Below are positions 1 to 8,964 of a stretch of DNA of 64,000 bases, piece by piece. The notes beneath the pieces are model-generated. The model was not told where the DNA came from. It did not search any database and saw only the letters and a program-made list of their open reading frames with translations. Source of the stretch: a virus (Duplodnaviria; Caudoviricetes); IMG/VR virus record IMGVR_UViG_2547132108_000007, positions 582 through 64,581 of that record. The stretch is one strand, 5' to 3'. The translations under genes and the position numbers were made by a program. Each line of letters opens with the position of its first letter. Position 1 is the first letter of the stretch.

Positions 1-1
1 C

Positions 2-397
2 AAAGCGGTACCCCTTGAAAAATCTACGTTACGGTTGTTGAGGGACTTGATAAAGGAGAACGCGGATTTTGAGACGGAGTACATTTTCCTAACGAATTAC
101 GGTAGCCTTATCTCGGACGACCGGATGAGGGATCGGATCAAACAGCACGCGAAAAAGGCTGGTTTAGAGGTTCGGGTCTATCCGCACCTGTTCCGACACA
201 CCGCGGCAACAATGTTTTTAGAAAATGGCGGCGACGTCCGATTCTTAGCTGAAATTCTCGGCCACTCAGACCTACGTATGGTATTGCGGTATACACACCT
301 GTCTAAAAAGTCCGTAAAGGAGCAACACGGAAAATTTTCGCCAATTAATAACGTAATGAGCGGTCTAAACAAGCAAAGGAAAATAAAGCGTAATTAG
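2..397 (+). CDS. Tyrosine recombinase/integrase, C-terminal part (5' truncated by window edge)
   Basis: HLFRH...LGH...Y catalytic motifs (PHLFRHTAAT, ILGHSDLRMVLRYTH); frame open to the window start. Confidence 0.92.
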   Translation, partial: KAVPLEKSTLRLLRDLIKENADFETEYIFLTNYGSLISDDRMRDRIKQHAKKAGLEVRVYPHLFRHTAATMFLENGGDVRFLAEILGHSDLRMVLRYTHLSKKSVKEQHGKFSPINNVMSGLNKQRKIKRN

Positions 398-501
398 ACG
401 CAGAATATGTGTCTCTATAGGCGCTCTACTGCTTTGTGTGTAGGGTAAGGTATTTGAGGGCGTTGCGACGCTGTAAAGCCTGTCCCGTGCCCTTTAAAAC
501 G

Positions 502-548
502 AACGTCACTACTTCGGAAATATTCCGGGGCGGTGGCGTTATTTTTTT
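502..548 (+). terminator. Rho-independent terminator after integrase
   Basis: AACGTCACTACTTCGGAA/TTCCGGGGCGGTGGCGTT long stem with G-U pairs followed by a T7 tract. Confidence 0.75.
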
Positions 549-613
549 GTTCAAAGTGTGCGAAACCGGAAGCTATGCGTTAAATATGGTAAAACGCTAG
601 GAGGACGCCGCAC

Positions 614-1477
614 ATGACACAAGAACTCGCCTTATCAACGGACATTCACGTCATCACCGCCGAAATCAACGCCTACAAACGTATTGCCGGCGAAGCTATC
701 TTCGAAATCGGCCGCCGTTTGAAACACGTTAAGGAAAACGATCTAGCGCACGGTCAATGGGAACGGTGGTGCCGCGAGCAAATCGAAATGGACCCGTCCG
801 AGGCCCGCAAGTTTATGCGCGTCGTTGAGCAACTTGGCGATACAAATCGGTGTACGTACACCGAAATGGGCCTCCGTGCTCTCTACGAAATCGCCACGCT
901 CCCACCCGAAGAACGCGAACGTCCGCACACGGTCCCGTCCACCGGCGCCACTAAAACGGTAGACGAGATGACCGTACGCGAGCTGCGCGAAGTTAAGGCG
1001 GCCCTGAAGGCGGAGCGCGAACGGGCTGACCGGGCGGAAGCGGCCGTAACTGAGGCGGAAGACGAGACGGCTTTATTACGCGAAACACTCGAATCCATAC
1101 GGGAGCAGCCGCCGCGAATCGAGTACCAGACCCAAACGGTACACGTCCCGGACCCGGCGCTTAGCGACCGCCTGAAGCGTTATGAGGCGCGCTACGGCGA
1201 CATTGACGGCGTGGTGACGGAGCGCATCTCGAACCATACGGAAGTCGACGGAGCAGCCGCCCATTTCGCCGAGGACGTTCAGACGTTCCTTATGAACTAC
1301 GCGCACCTGACGACGTTTAAAGCGGCATTTACCGGGCTCTCTGACGCTGCCTATGACGAGTACAAAACGAGCCTTGACGCGCTAAAACAGTTTGTCAACG
1401 GAATGCAGCGTGTGCTCGACGGAACGCCGCGGGGCCGGGCGGAAGTAATCGACATTGCGGATTATCGAGCGTTGTAA
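614..1477 (+). CDS. DUF3102-domain phage protein
   Basis: N-terminal ITAEINAYKRIAGEAIFEIGRRLKHVKE..LAHGQW resembles DUF3102; GGAGG RBS. Confidence 0.75.
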   Translation: MTQELALSTDIHVITAEINAYKRIAGEAIFEIGRRLKHVKENDLAHGQWERWCREQIEMDPSEARKFMRVVEQLGDTNRCTYTEMGLRALYEIATLPPEERERPHTVPSTGATKTVDEMTVRELREVKAALKAERERADRAEAAVTEAEDETALLRETLESIREQPPRIEYQTQTVHVPDPALSDRLKRYEARYGDIDGVVTERISNHTEVDGAAAHFAEDVQTFLMNYAHLTTFKAAFTGLSDAAYDEYKTSLDALKQFVNGMQRVLDGTPRGRAEVIDIADYRAL

Positions 1478-1519
1478 CGCACTATAACGCTATTAAAAAC
1501 GAAGAGGAGCGTGTTAACT

Positions 1520-2125
1520 ATGAATTTGTTCACGATCGGTAAGACGAAGGACGGCAGAACGACGGTAACTTTTTCGAACTCGCCCGACGCGATTACAGCG
1601 GTCCGGCCCGTGTTGGAGCAGCTATTCGCGCTATCGATCGGGGCGTTACCGGCCCCGCCTAAAACGGAACAACTACGCCTATCCGCGCCTGTCTTACGGC
1701 TGGCGAGCGCAACAACGGACCCAACAACGACTACTGACGTCAGGGCAGCGAAAAGAGGGCGGGGAAGGCGGGCACCGCGGCCGAACGCAGCAGTACTAGC
1801 TGAGAAGCGAGTAGAACGCAAGCTTGCGAAGATGAACGATGTTGAGCGGCGGCTGTTCCAACAACGGCTGGACATTACGCGGGCGGTTGATGGGCTTGTC
1901 CGGGAGTATTACGGAGAGGATAGCAAACACCTATCGAGCTACATTTACGCGGACCTGTACAGCGACTTCTTTAAAGAGAAGGGCTACGCGCCGGCAAAAG
2001 AAGCAAAATTCCGCGAAATTGGCGAGTATCAGCCGTCAAAGCTGAATACGCTGCTTATCGACGGAAAGGGGAGCGAATTCCTGGCGTTTATCGACCGTAA
2101 GAGGCAGCAGTTTAAACGAGGGTAA
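1520..2125 (+). CDS. Hypothetical protein (possibly antirepressor-like C-terminus)
   Basis: Long ORF; GAGGAG RBS spacing favours ATG 1520 over GTG 1511. Confidence 0.55.
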   Translation: MNLFTIGKTKDGRTTVTFSNSPDAITAVRPVLEQLFALSIGALPAPPKTEQLRLSAPVLRLASATTDPTTTTDVRAAKRGRGRRAPRPNAAVLAEKRVERKLAKMNDVERRLFQQRLDITRAVDGLVREYYGEDSKHLSSYIYADLYSDFFKEKGYAPAKEAKFREIGEYQPSKLNTLLIDGKGSEFLAFIDRKRQQFKRG

Positions 2126-2135
2126 GTTGCAATAA

Positions 2136-2161
2136 TGAACAAAGCCCCGCGTTAGCGGAGC
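2136..2161 (-). terminator. Terminator of the minus-strand microgene
   Basis: Minus strand GCTCCGC-TAAC-GCGGGGC-TTTGTT. Confidence 0.6.
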
Positions 2162-2241
2162 AAGTTCACGCACTCTATGACTAGGGTGGTAAGTGCGATG
2201 ATGTCGGAGAGAGTCACTTCTTGGGGGAAGCGAAACCTCAT
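2152..2241 (-). CDS. 29-aa hydrophobic peptide MRFRFPQEVTLSDIIALTTLVIECVNLLR, type I toxin-like
   Basis: Own promoter, GAGG RBS, single hydrophobic segment, own terminator; below ORF-track length cutoff. Confidence 0.55.
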   Translation of the reverse strand: MRFRFPQEVTLSDIIALTTLVIECVNLLR

Positions 2242-2305
2242 GCTGGCGTCCTCGTCTTTCCGCCCCGTGTAAAATAACAGGGCCTAGCAACGTGGTACGT
2301 GTTAT

Positions 2306-2334
2306 ATTCTAGCATATTCACGTGATTATTGGAA
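2306..2334 (-). promoter_or_regulatory. SigA-type promoter for the 29-aa gene
   Basis: Minus strand TTCCAA-17 nt-TAGAAT with extended -10 TG. Confidence 0.55.
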
Positions 2335-2759
2335 ATCCAAACGTAATTGATAACGGTTATCACATGGATATTTGTTGGATTTCGCTCTCGTCCGTCCACC
2401 TTGCCGCACTAACAACGCCTTCCCAACGCTCTCAAACGTCCCACCGCAGCCCTCACGTAAGGGCCCCGTAATTTCACCGTCAAATTACCGTGCAAATGCC
2501 GTCGGGGCTGGCTTACTATTCCCGGCGGCCAAACAACGCTAATTTGTCGTGAAATCCACGGTGAAAATAAGAAGCGCGGCGGACGGCGATAGGTGGCGAT
2601 GTGGACGGCGGCGACCCGAGCCCCGTTATCCTTTATCTTTTTATCTTTAAAACCTCGCGTCACAGTATATGTTTAGTACTTAGCGTCATAAGTAACGACA
2701 TAAATAGCGCCATTAGTCATTATAGTTGTCGCTTAGCGGTACGGTTTTAGCCGCGAAGC

Positions 2760-2846
2760 ACGTTATTTATGAACGAAGTGAATAAATAACGTAAATCTTT
2801 TAAATCTTTAAAGTCTTTTATAAAGATCTTTAAAAGCTTTTTAAAA
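2760..2846. repeat. 11-bp inverted repeat followed by AT-rich AAAnCTTT repeats
   Basis: ACGTTATTTAT (2760-2770) / ATAAATAACGT (2782-2792), then about five AAA(N)CTTT units. Confidence 0.7.
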
Positions 2847-2968
2847 TACCACGCTCGCGACCGTTTGTCAATACGAAATTTTCAACGGGTCCCGGCCGGT
2901 ACTTTTACGCTATCAAACGACATGGACATTTGTAGGATTTCGATCTCACACGAAGGAGCTGACGTAAT

Positions 2969-3310
2969 TTGAACGTTAATAAGACGCCGATCCAACCGCT
3001 AGTCCCTGTTATTCCGCATTATGTTGCGGACACGATCGAACGCTTACGAGAGCGGCAACGTGATAACCGTTATATCCTGTGCATGGTGGTAGACGCGGAT
3101 TTTTACGGCCCATTCTCGCGCTCCCTCCGCTCAATCCCGTTCGACACGCTACACGCCGCGCTCGTCAACGGTTATACCGTCGAGCTGACGAAAAGGGAAC
3201 GTGTTGAGAACGCAATTCGCGACGGGCTTGGCGGTCGCTACGTTCCGCCCGGCGTCCTTGACGAAATAGAGCGAATCTACGCGGAAGGAACGGAGGCGAC
3301 CGCCCGATGA
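2969..3310 (+). CDS. DUF1642-like phage protein
   Basis: IPHYVADTIE...AALVNGYTVE pattern. Confidence 0.5.
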   Translation: MNVNKTPIQPLVPVIPHYVADTIERLRERQRDNRYILCMVVDADFYGPFSRSLRSIPFDTLHAALVNGYTVELTKRERVENAIRDGLGGRYVPPGVLDEIERIYAEGTEATAR

Positions 3311-3525
3311 CCGACGCTAAATTTGCGAAATTACGTCAAGCAATCGAAGCGCAGCGTAGACAAACGGACCTGGACCACGGCCGTATCCGGAGGACTTACG
3401 AATACCGGCGCCGTTTAGTAGCGGAGAAGGACCCGATCGAACACGACTACAGCCGCGGTTTCGTCGCCGGCATCCGTTACGTTCTTGGCGAACTCAATAT
3501 CGATATCGAAGGAGTGAACGCTTAA
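3307..3525 (+). CDS. Hypothetical protein
   Basis: ATGA-coupled to previous gene, GGAGG RBS. Confidence 0.6.
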   Translation: MTDAKFAKLRQAIEAQRRQTDLDHGRIRRTYEYRRRLVAEKDPIEHDYSRGFVAGIRYVLGELNIDIEGVNA

Positions 3526-3875
3526 TGGCGGTTAAAGGTACGATTCGTAAGGCGGTTTGCGACAGGTGCGGTCACGTGGTTGATACGTGGTATTTGCGCC
3601 GAAAGCACGGCTATAACCCGGATGATTGCGGCGGTACGTTCGTAGCCAAGGACGTAACCAGAACGGTCCTTCGCGGCGAGTTTATGTTCGAAAGATCGTA
3701 CGGGAATCGCGTAATCCTCAAGCACGTTGAGAGCGGCGCGTTCGTCAACATCTTCACGGTGGACTTGATGAAGGTACTCGTCGGCCGACCGATCGGTACG
3801 CTTATCCTAACGGAATCCAGACGCGGCCGCGAAAGCTGCTGGAAAGCGGAGGAGGTGTCCGCCAATGACCGCTAA
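3525..3875 (+). CDS. Hypothetical protein with CxxC/C motif
   Basis: TAATG overlap; paralog-like C-terminus shared with 22234-22590 (IxxxDLxxxLxG..L..xE). Confidence 0.6.
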   Translation: MAVKGTIRKAVCDRCGHVVDTWYLRRKHGYNPDDCGGTFVAKDVTRTVLRGEFMFERSYGNRVILKHVESGAFVNIFTVDLMKVLVGRPIGTLILTESRRGRESCWKAEEVSANDR

Positions 3876-4215
3876 ACTCTGCGTACCCTTAACGCCAGAC
3901 TTCCGCCTTACTTCCGACGGCGAGCGCAATTACACGGTCGAGCAGCGTGTAGTCGTCGACCCAACGCGAGCGCCCGGCTACAAACCGCCGGAAAACGGCC
4001 TTGCACCAGAACCCCGTGAAGAATGGCGCGACACGGGCAACTATTGGCCGTTGACGGATCGCGGGCTAATCGCGGCGCTGAAGTACGTTGCGCATCGGAC
4101 GGTTGTAGCGGCCGAAATAACGGACCTGGCCGGCTTTATCGCGGCGCTTAGCGAGTGGTCGGAGCGGGTAGCGGCTGCGGTAAATAACGATATGAAAACG
4201 GAGGTGTCCGCCTAG
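3865..4215 (+). CDS. Hypothetical phage protein
   Basis: GGAGGTG RBS, operon packing. Confidence 0.6.
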   Translation: MTAKLCVPLTPDFRLTSDGERNYTVEQRVVVDPTRAPGYKPPENGLAPEPREEWRDTGNYWPLTDRGLIAALKYVAHRTVVAAEITDLAGFIAALSEWSERVAAAVNNDMKTEVSA

Positions 4216-4649
4216 TGAACGCATCCAACAACGGCGACTTAACGCTTGACGAACTTTACGCGGCCGCAAACGAAATGTGCCGGCGTCATTGGGGCGTTGA
4301 TTACACGGGCACAATCGAACTGGTCAACCGGGAGTGGAAGGCGGCCGAAGCGCGCTACGGTTGGAGAGGTACGGAATACCGCGCTATCCGAATGAGTCGA
4401 AAGACGAACGCTAGACTCACGCGCGAAGACGTGCTTGGTAATCTCTTACACGAACTCGTGCATTGGCGCCTCCACACGTTAGGCGTTCCATTTGACGATA
4501 CAGATGACGAATTTATCGCGGAATGTCTTCGGGTGGATGCACCGCTTAGCTACGCCAAAGGAGCACAACAGGCATACCGCACGTACTTGGCGAAGCGAGC
4601 GTACGAAGAGCGGACCGGTCGTAAATATGATGAGGAGGTGCCCGCGTAA
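4215..4649 (+). CDS. SprT-like zinc metallopeptidase domain protein
   Basis: LLHELVHW HExxH motif in SprT-like context. Confidence 0.75.
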   Translation: MNASNNGDLTLDELYAAANEMCRRHWGVDYTGTIELVNREWKAAEARYGWRGTEYRAIRMSRKTNARLTREDVLGNLLHELVHWRLHTLGVPFDDTDDEFIAECLRVDAPLSYAKGAQQAYRTYLAKRAYEERTGRKYDEEVPA

Positions 4650-4650
4650 T

Positions 4651-5304
4651 ATGAACGAAATTAAACGTGACCTCGCGGCTGACTTACGAATTTGTGACGC
4701 AGCGACGGCGGGGCCTTGGCGGAGATCCGGCGATAAATGGGGCGACCTAGTCGTTTATTCGCCTGAGATGCGCGGGTTTCATAACAACGGCGGAGAAATC
4801 GCGGAATTAGACGGCGATCAGATGAAAAACGCTACTTTCGTCGCGGAAGCCCGGACCGGATGGCCGCACGCGATTAAGCGGGCGTTAGACGCAGAGGCGG
4901 AGGCTGAGCGGTTGCGGTCCGCTATTGACGCAGCACTCAACCGGTCACAGTGGGGAAACGTAGATACGGCTCTCGCTGCGGTCAACGATATATTATCGCA
5001 CGCTATTAAGCGGGCGTTGGCGGCTGAGGCGGTTGGTGAGCGGTTGCGGGCGGAAGTTGCGGAGTTGTGCCCGGTGGGAGATTTCGATACAGCGACGTCT
5101 CTGCTTGCGGAAAAGACGCATGCGGCCGAGCATATAGCCGAACTGACGAAAGAGAACGCGCGGCTACGTAAGGTGATAGCGCGATTGCGTTGCCCCGAGT
5201 GTGGTGACGAACTCGGCGATAGTTGGACGGTAGTGTACGGCGATATCTTATGTGGCAAATGTGACAAATGCGGAGGTGACAAGGGTGGCGAAAATCAATC
5301 GTAA
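4651..5304 (+). CDS. Ead/Ea22-like phage protein with C-terminal CxxC..CxxC
   Basis: ATAGPW...NATFVAEARTGWP motif; GGAGGTG RBS before ATG 4651. Confidence 0.55.
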   Translation: MNEIKRDLAADLRICDAATAGPWRRSGDKWGDLVVYSPEMRGFHNNGGEIAELDGDQMKNATFVAEARTGWPHAIKRALDAEAEAERLRSAIDAALNRSQWGNVDTALAAVNDILSHAIKRALAAEAVGERLRAEVAELCPVGDFDTATSLLAEKTHAAEHIAELTKENARLRKVIARLRCPECGDELGDSWTVVYGDILCGKCDKCGGDKGGENQS

Positions 5305-5683
5305 GGACTGGCGCAATCTACCGCCGGAACAGTGGAACGTCGCGAGCTTCCACGCTTATTTCGCGGACATGAACCGGGAGTTTTACGGCGTCGAAACGTA
5401 CGTCCCAATGCGGAATTGGCGCTTTGAACAAGGCGTACTCAAGCGCGCAATCGACGAACATGGTCCGGTTATGTTACGCGCGGCTTTCGACGAGTGCTTC
5501 CGGACGTACCGGCCAACACGGGAATATCCGCTGCTAACCGCTGGCTTCGCGGTGGCGTACCGGCTGAATACGATTATACCGCGGCTGCTGGCGGAACAGG
5601 CGGCGGAGGAGCGGAAGGAACGCGAGCGGGAAGCGGCAGAAGTGGGGCGGCCGGGCGTGGACGAGGTGGTAGCGTGGTTATAG
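5285..5683 (+). CDS. Hypothetical replication-associated protein
   Basis: GGAGGTG RBS before GTG 5285; lies ahead of the DnaC-like loader. Confidence 0.55.
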   Translation: MAKINRKDWRNLPPEQWNVASFHAYFADMNREFYGVETYVPMRNWRFEQGVLKRAIDEHGPVMLRAAFDECFRTYRPTREYPLLTAGFAVAYRLNTIIPRLLAEQAAEERKEREREAAEVGRPGVDEVVAWL

Positions 5684-5698
5684 CGGAGGAGGGGGGCA

Positions 5699-6265
5699 GT
5701 GAAAAGGCGCCGTAAGTATATAGACAGAGTAGGAGAGAGGTATGGTCGTTTAGTTGTCATTAGGTACGTGGGGAACGATTCAAAGCGTCACGCACTATGG
5801 GAGTGCCGATGTGACTGTGACGGAAGTCTCGTAACGGTTGTGGGCTACAACCTAGGAGTCGGCAAAACAAAGTCGTGCGGATGTCTACGGCAGGACAATG
5901 CACTAGAGACCGGCAGAAAGAACACAACACACGGCAAGACGGGCACTAGGTTGTTTCGCATATGGGGATCGATTAAAACCCGTTGCACAAATAGCAACCA
6001 CGAGCGGTGGCAAGACTATGGCGGGAGAGGTATTAGTGTTTGCGAACGATGGTCGACATCTTTTGAAAACTTTGAGGCGGATATGAAACAGTCATACGAT
6101 GCTCATGTCGCTATCCATGGCGAGTGGCAAACAACAATAGATCGTATCGATAACAATAAAGGATATTCGCCAGACAATTGTCGGTGGGCTACAAGGGCGG
6201 AACAAAATCGAAATCAAAGGAAGCATCAGTACCTAAAGGCGTCAAACGGGGGTGTTTCTATATGA
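5699..6265 (+). CDS. Free-standing HNH-type homing endonuclease
   Basis: WECRCDC, KSCGCL, YGGRGISVCERW, IDRIDNNKGYSPDNCRWAT motifs. Confidence 0.8.
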   Translation: MKRRRKYIDRVGERYGRLVVIRYVGNDSKRHALWECRCDCDGSLVTVVGYNLGVGKTKSCGCLRQDNALETGRKNTTHGKTGTRLFRIWGSIKTRCTNSNHERWQDYGGRGISVCERWSTSFENFEADMKQSYDAHVAIHGEWQTTIDRIDNNKGYSPDNCRWATRAEQNRNQRKHQYLKASNGGVSI

Positions 6266-7020
6266 ATCATTCAACGCGATGTATTCTTCGCGGTATATGT
6301 AGAAATGCTGACTCTAACGCTTGCTCCGTATTGTGCGGTTCCTATATCTCGCTCCACGGTTACAGCGGCAGCGGCGGACGTATCGGAGCGGCGGGCGTAC
6401 CGGCGGACTACCGGTTGGTGACGCTAAAGAATTCGCCAGCTCGCGCCGAACAACCGGCCGCCTACGCTCTGGCCGACGCTTATACCGCGACGTTCGTGCG
6501 CCAACACGACCCGGCTGGCCCGCGTGTGAAGTCGTTATACCTCTTTTCGGAATCGCCGGGCACCGGGAAAACGACGACGGCCGCCGCGTTATTGAACGAG
6601 TGGCTTACGGTCCATTACGTCGGTTCGCTTCAGCGCGATAGGCAGGCGTTGGAACGGCCCGCGTACTTTCTCGACGTGAACGCGTGGCAGAACGACTACA
6701 ACACGTTCAACCGGCCGCGCGTGCCGGACTCGATCGCAGAGCCCGCAGCCGCCCGCTATTACACCGCGCAGGGAGCCGCAGCCGCAGCGCCGTTCGCCGT
6801 CCTGGATGACGTTGGTGTGCGTGAATGTACGGAAGGTTTCCGCGGCGACCTGCATACCGTGATCAACGAACGGGTAGCGGCCGGGCTGCCAACGGTTTAT
6901 ACGTCGAACATACCGATGGGCGGGCTTTCCCGGTTATATGACGCGCGGTTAGCGGACCGTGTACGGGATATGTGCGCAGAGGTGGCGTTTATGGGCGGGT
7001 CACAGCGGGGGATGAGGTAA
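6262..7020 (+). CDS. DnaC/IstB-like AAA+ helicase loader
   Basis: Walker A SPGTGKT, Walker B VLDDVG, TVYTSN, RLADRV; ATGA overlap at 6262. Confidence 0.85.
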   Translation: MNHSTRCILRGICRNADSNACSVLCGSYISLHGYSGSGGRIGAAGVPADYRLVTLKNSPARAEQPAAYALADAYTATFVRQHDPAGPRVKSLYLFSESPGTGKTTTAAALLNEWLTVHYVGSLQRDRQALERPAYFLDVNAWQNDYNTFNRPRVPDSIAEPAAARYYTAQGAAAAAPFAVLDDVGVRECTEGFRGDLHTVINERVAAGLPTVYTSNIPMGGLSRLYDARLADRVRDMCAEVAFMGGSQRGMR

Positions 7021-7171
7021 GTGCGCGGTGAAATGGCGGGGTGAAGTACGCTTCATTAGTTTACTATAGTGAACATCTGTCGCTCATGTAGTTTTTATAC
7101 CATTATTAGATGGAAACGTAAATATATTTATTTACAGCGGGTTTTCGGCTTCGAAGTGCTGAAAAATGTAG

Positions 7172-7200
7172 TTGCAATAGTGATCAAAACGTGCTAATCT
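7172..7200 (+). promoter_or_regulatory. SigA-type promoter upstream of the helicase
   Basis: TTGCAA-17 nt-TAATCT with extended -10 TG. Confidence 0.5.
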
Positions 7201-7202
7201 GA

Positions 7203-7449
7203 GCTGGAAAAGAAGGACAAACATTCCAGTATTGAAAAATCAAGCATGCGTAAGAGACAGGCCGATTTCTTGTAAGACGGAAATTCCGGAAAGGATAGTC
7301 GCATTAGCGGAGGCCAAAACGTCACGCTAACGGACAGTTCGTCTTACGGTTGTCTTACAGATTTCGCGTTCTGCTCATCGGTTGAGCACGGTTTATATAA
7401 AAACGGCCGAATACGGCTATTTTCGCAAGGTGACCGCTCGATAGGCGGT
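7203..7449 (+). ncRNA. Structured 5' leader / candidate cis-regulatory RNA
   Basis: Several nested helices (GCTGGAA/TTCCAGT, TGTAAGAC/GTCTTACA, TTAGCG/CGCTAA, TGCTCA/TGAGCA, ACCGC/GCGGT); no ORF. Confidence 0.4.
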
Positions 7450-7483
7450 ATGCTAACTTAATTTCAGCGGAGGTGAGCGCAGG

Positions 7484-8836
7484 ATGAGCAGCACAGGCGA
7501 ACCGTTAATCTCGCGGGCGATAGACGAAAATAACGTGACGATTTTCGACCGGTATCAGATCACCGAGGACGATTTCCCGACGGAAGGCGAACGTCAGACC
7601 TACCGTTTCATCCGGGCTTATACCGCACAGAACGGCGGCCAGATGCCGAGCTATGCGACGGTGACGGCGGAATGCGAACACTTCACGTATATACCGGGCG
7701 TGACGGACTCTTACGAATATCTCGTCCGGAAGCTGAAGGAGGGCGCGGGGAAGCGGGCTTTAGCGAAATTTTTTAACGAGGAACTAGCTTCATTGTTTGA
7801 AGCTAATGAAACGGATAGCTTAATTCCTATATTGCAAAATCGTCTGGACGAGATTAAACTAAAGACGAGAACGAACGTTCGTGTAATCGGTAAGGATATG
7901 GGAACGCTTTCCGCGGAGTTTCGCGAAGAATACGCTAAGCGGAAGGCTGGAAAGTCGTTCAAACTATGGCGCACTCCTTTCGCATCCCTGAACGATACGA
8001 TCGGCGGCCTCTATTCCGGTGATATTTACGGAGTTATGGCGGAATCCGGGCGTGGCAAGACGTACGTGTCCGAGATCCTTGTCGACGAACTCCTCCGCCA
8101 AGGTGCGAAAGTCCTCGTCAAGTCGTACGAAGTAAAGGCGTATCCGTGGCTCGCGCGCCTGTTCTCGATCATCACGGCGCGGGAAGGCGCCTTAACGCAT
8201 GAACAACTAGCGCAAAAAGTCGGCCTGCCGAACAAAGCGATATTGTCCGGTCAGCTCGACGGCGATATCGAAGCGTACTTTCTCGATTTAGTCGACGCGA
8301 TCAACCGCTACTACCCCGGAGAACTCTTTTTGCAGGCGAAGTCCGACCCTTGTCTTACGCGGTCGCTCGCTGACCTTGACCGGGAACTGCACGCCCGGCC
8401 AGACCTCGCCGCGGTGGTGATCGATCCGTTTTACGGGCTGTCCGACGTATACGGCAGGAACGCGAACAAAACGGCGGGCGGCGCTGCGGAATGGGCCGCA
8501 CGTGAGTTCGAACGGATCATCGGCGCACATGATGTCGTCGGACTCTTTACGATTCAAGCGCATACAGAACGTCAGGAAGCGGACGAGGAAACGGGCCGAC
8601 GCGAAATACGACTCCCGAAGCGCGACCAGGTGAAGACGACGAAAGCCGTACTCGAAATCGCGACGAACCTGTTTACGTTTGATGCCGTGGACGGGAACGG
8701 TCGTTTGGGCGTCGAGAAGGGGCGCAACGGCGGCGAAGGCTTTACCGTGGATCTTATCGCGCTGATGGATTACGGGGTGCTGCGGGAGCTGCCGCGAGGG
8801 GCGGACGTGGCCGGTCAATTTAGCGGGACATTTTGA
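7484..8836 (+). CDS. DnaB-like replicative helicase
   Basis: GGLYSGD, Walker A ESGRGKT, VVIDPF, KGRNGG motifs. Confidence 0.85.
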   Translation: MSSTGEPLISRAIDENNVTIFDRYQITEDDFPTEGERQTYRFIRAYTAQNGGQMPSYATVTAECEHFTYIPGVTDSYEYLVRKLKEGAGKRALAKFFNEELASLFEANETDSLIPILQNRLDEIKLKTRTNVRVIGKDMGTLSAEFREEYAKRKAGKSFKLWRTPFASLNDTIGGLYSGDIYGVMAESGRGKTYVSEILVDELLRQGAKVLVKSYEVKAYPWLARLFSIITAREGALTHEQLAQKVGLPNKAILSGQLDGDIEAYFLDLVDAINRYYPGELFLQAKSDPCLTRSLADLDRELHARPDLAAVVIDPFYGLSDVYGRNANKTAGGAAEWAAREFERIIGAHDVVGLFTIQAHTERQEADEETGRREIRLPKRDQVKTTKAVLEIATNLFTFDAVDGNGRLGVEKGRNGGEGFTVDLIALMDYGVLRELPRGADVAGQFSGTF

Positions 8837-8869
8837 TGGCGAATAAAATGTTTCGAATTAGTACAAAAC

Positions 8870-8921
8870 TGTGTTTACAAATAACACAAATCGAGGTATC
8901 ATCATATTATCAATCTGTGTT
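8870..8921 (+). promoter_or_regulatory. SigA-type promoter overlapped by a TGTGTT-N7-AACACA operator
   Basis: TTTACA(8874)-17-TATCAT(8897); inverted repeat 8870-8888; third half-site TGTGTT at 8916. Confidence 0.55.
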
Positions 8922-8964
8922 ATCATTGTGCACGACGTTGTATTTTAAGGAGAAAATAAAAATT

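Noticed and set aside
398-613. attL/attR core or tRNA integration site
   Set aside because: No matching direct repeat or tRNA found by eye at either end; boundaries probably lie outside the window
7203-7449. Firm c-di-GMP-I riboswitch call
   Set aside because: Motif order is suggestive but the GAAA-capped helix is only 3-4 bp and P3 pairs differently; kept only as an unclassified structured leader
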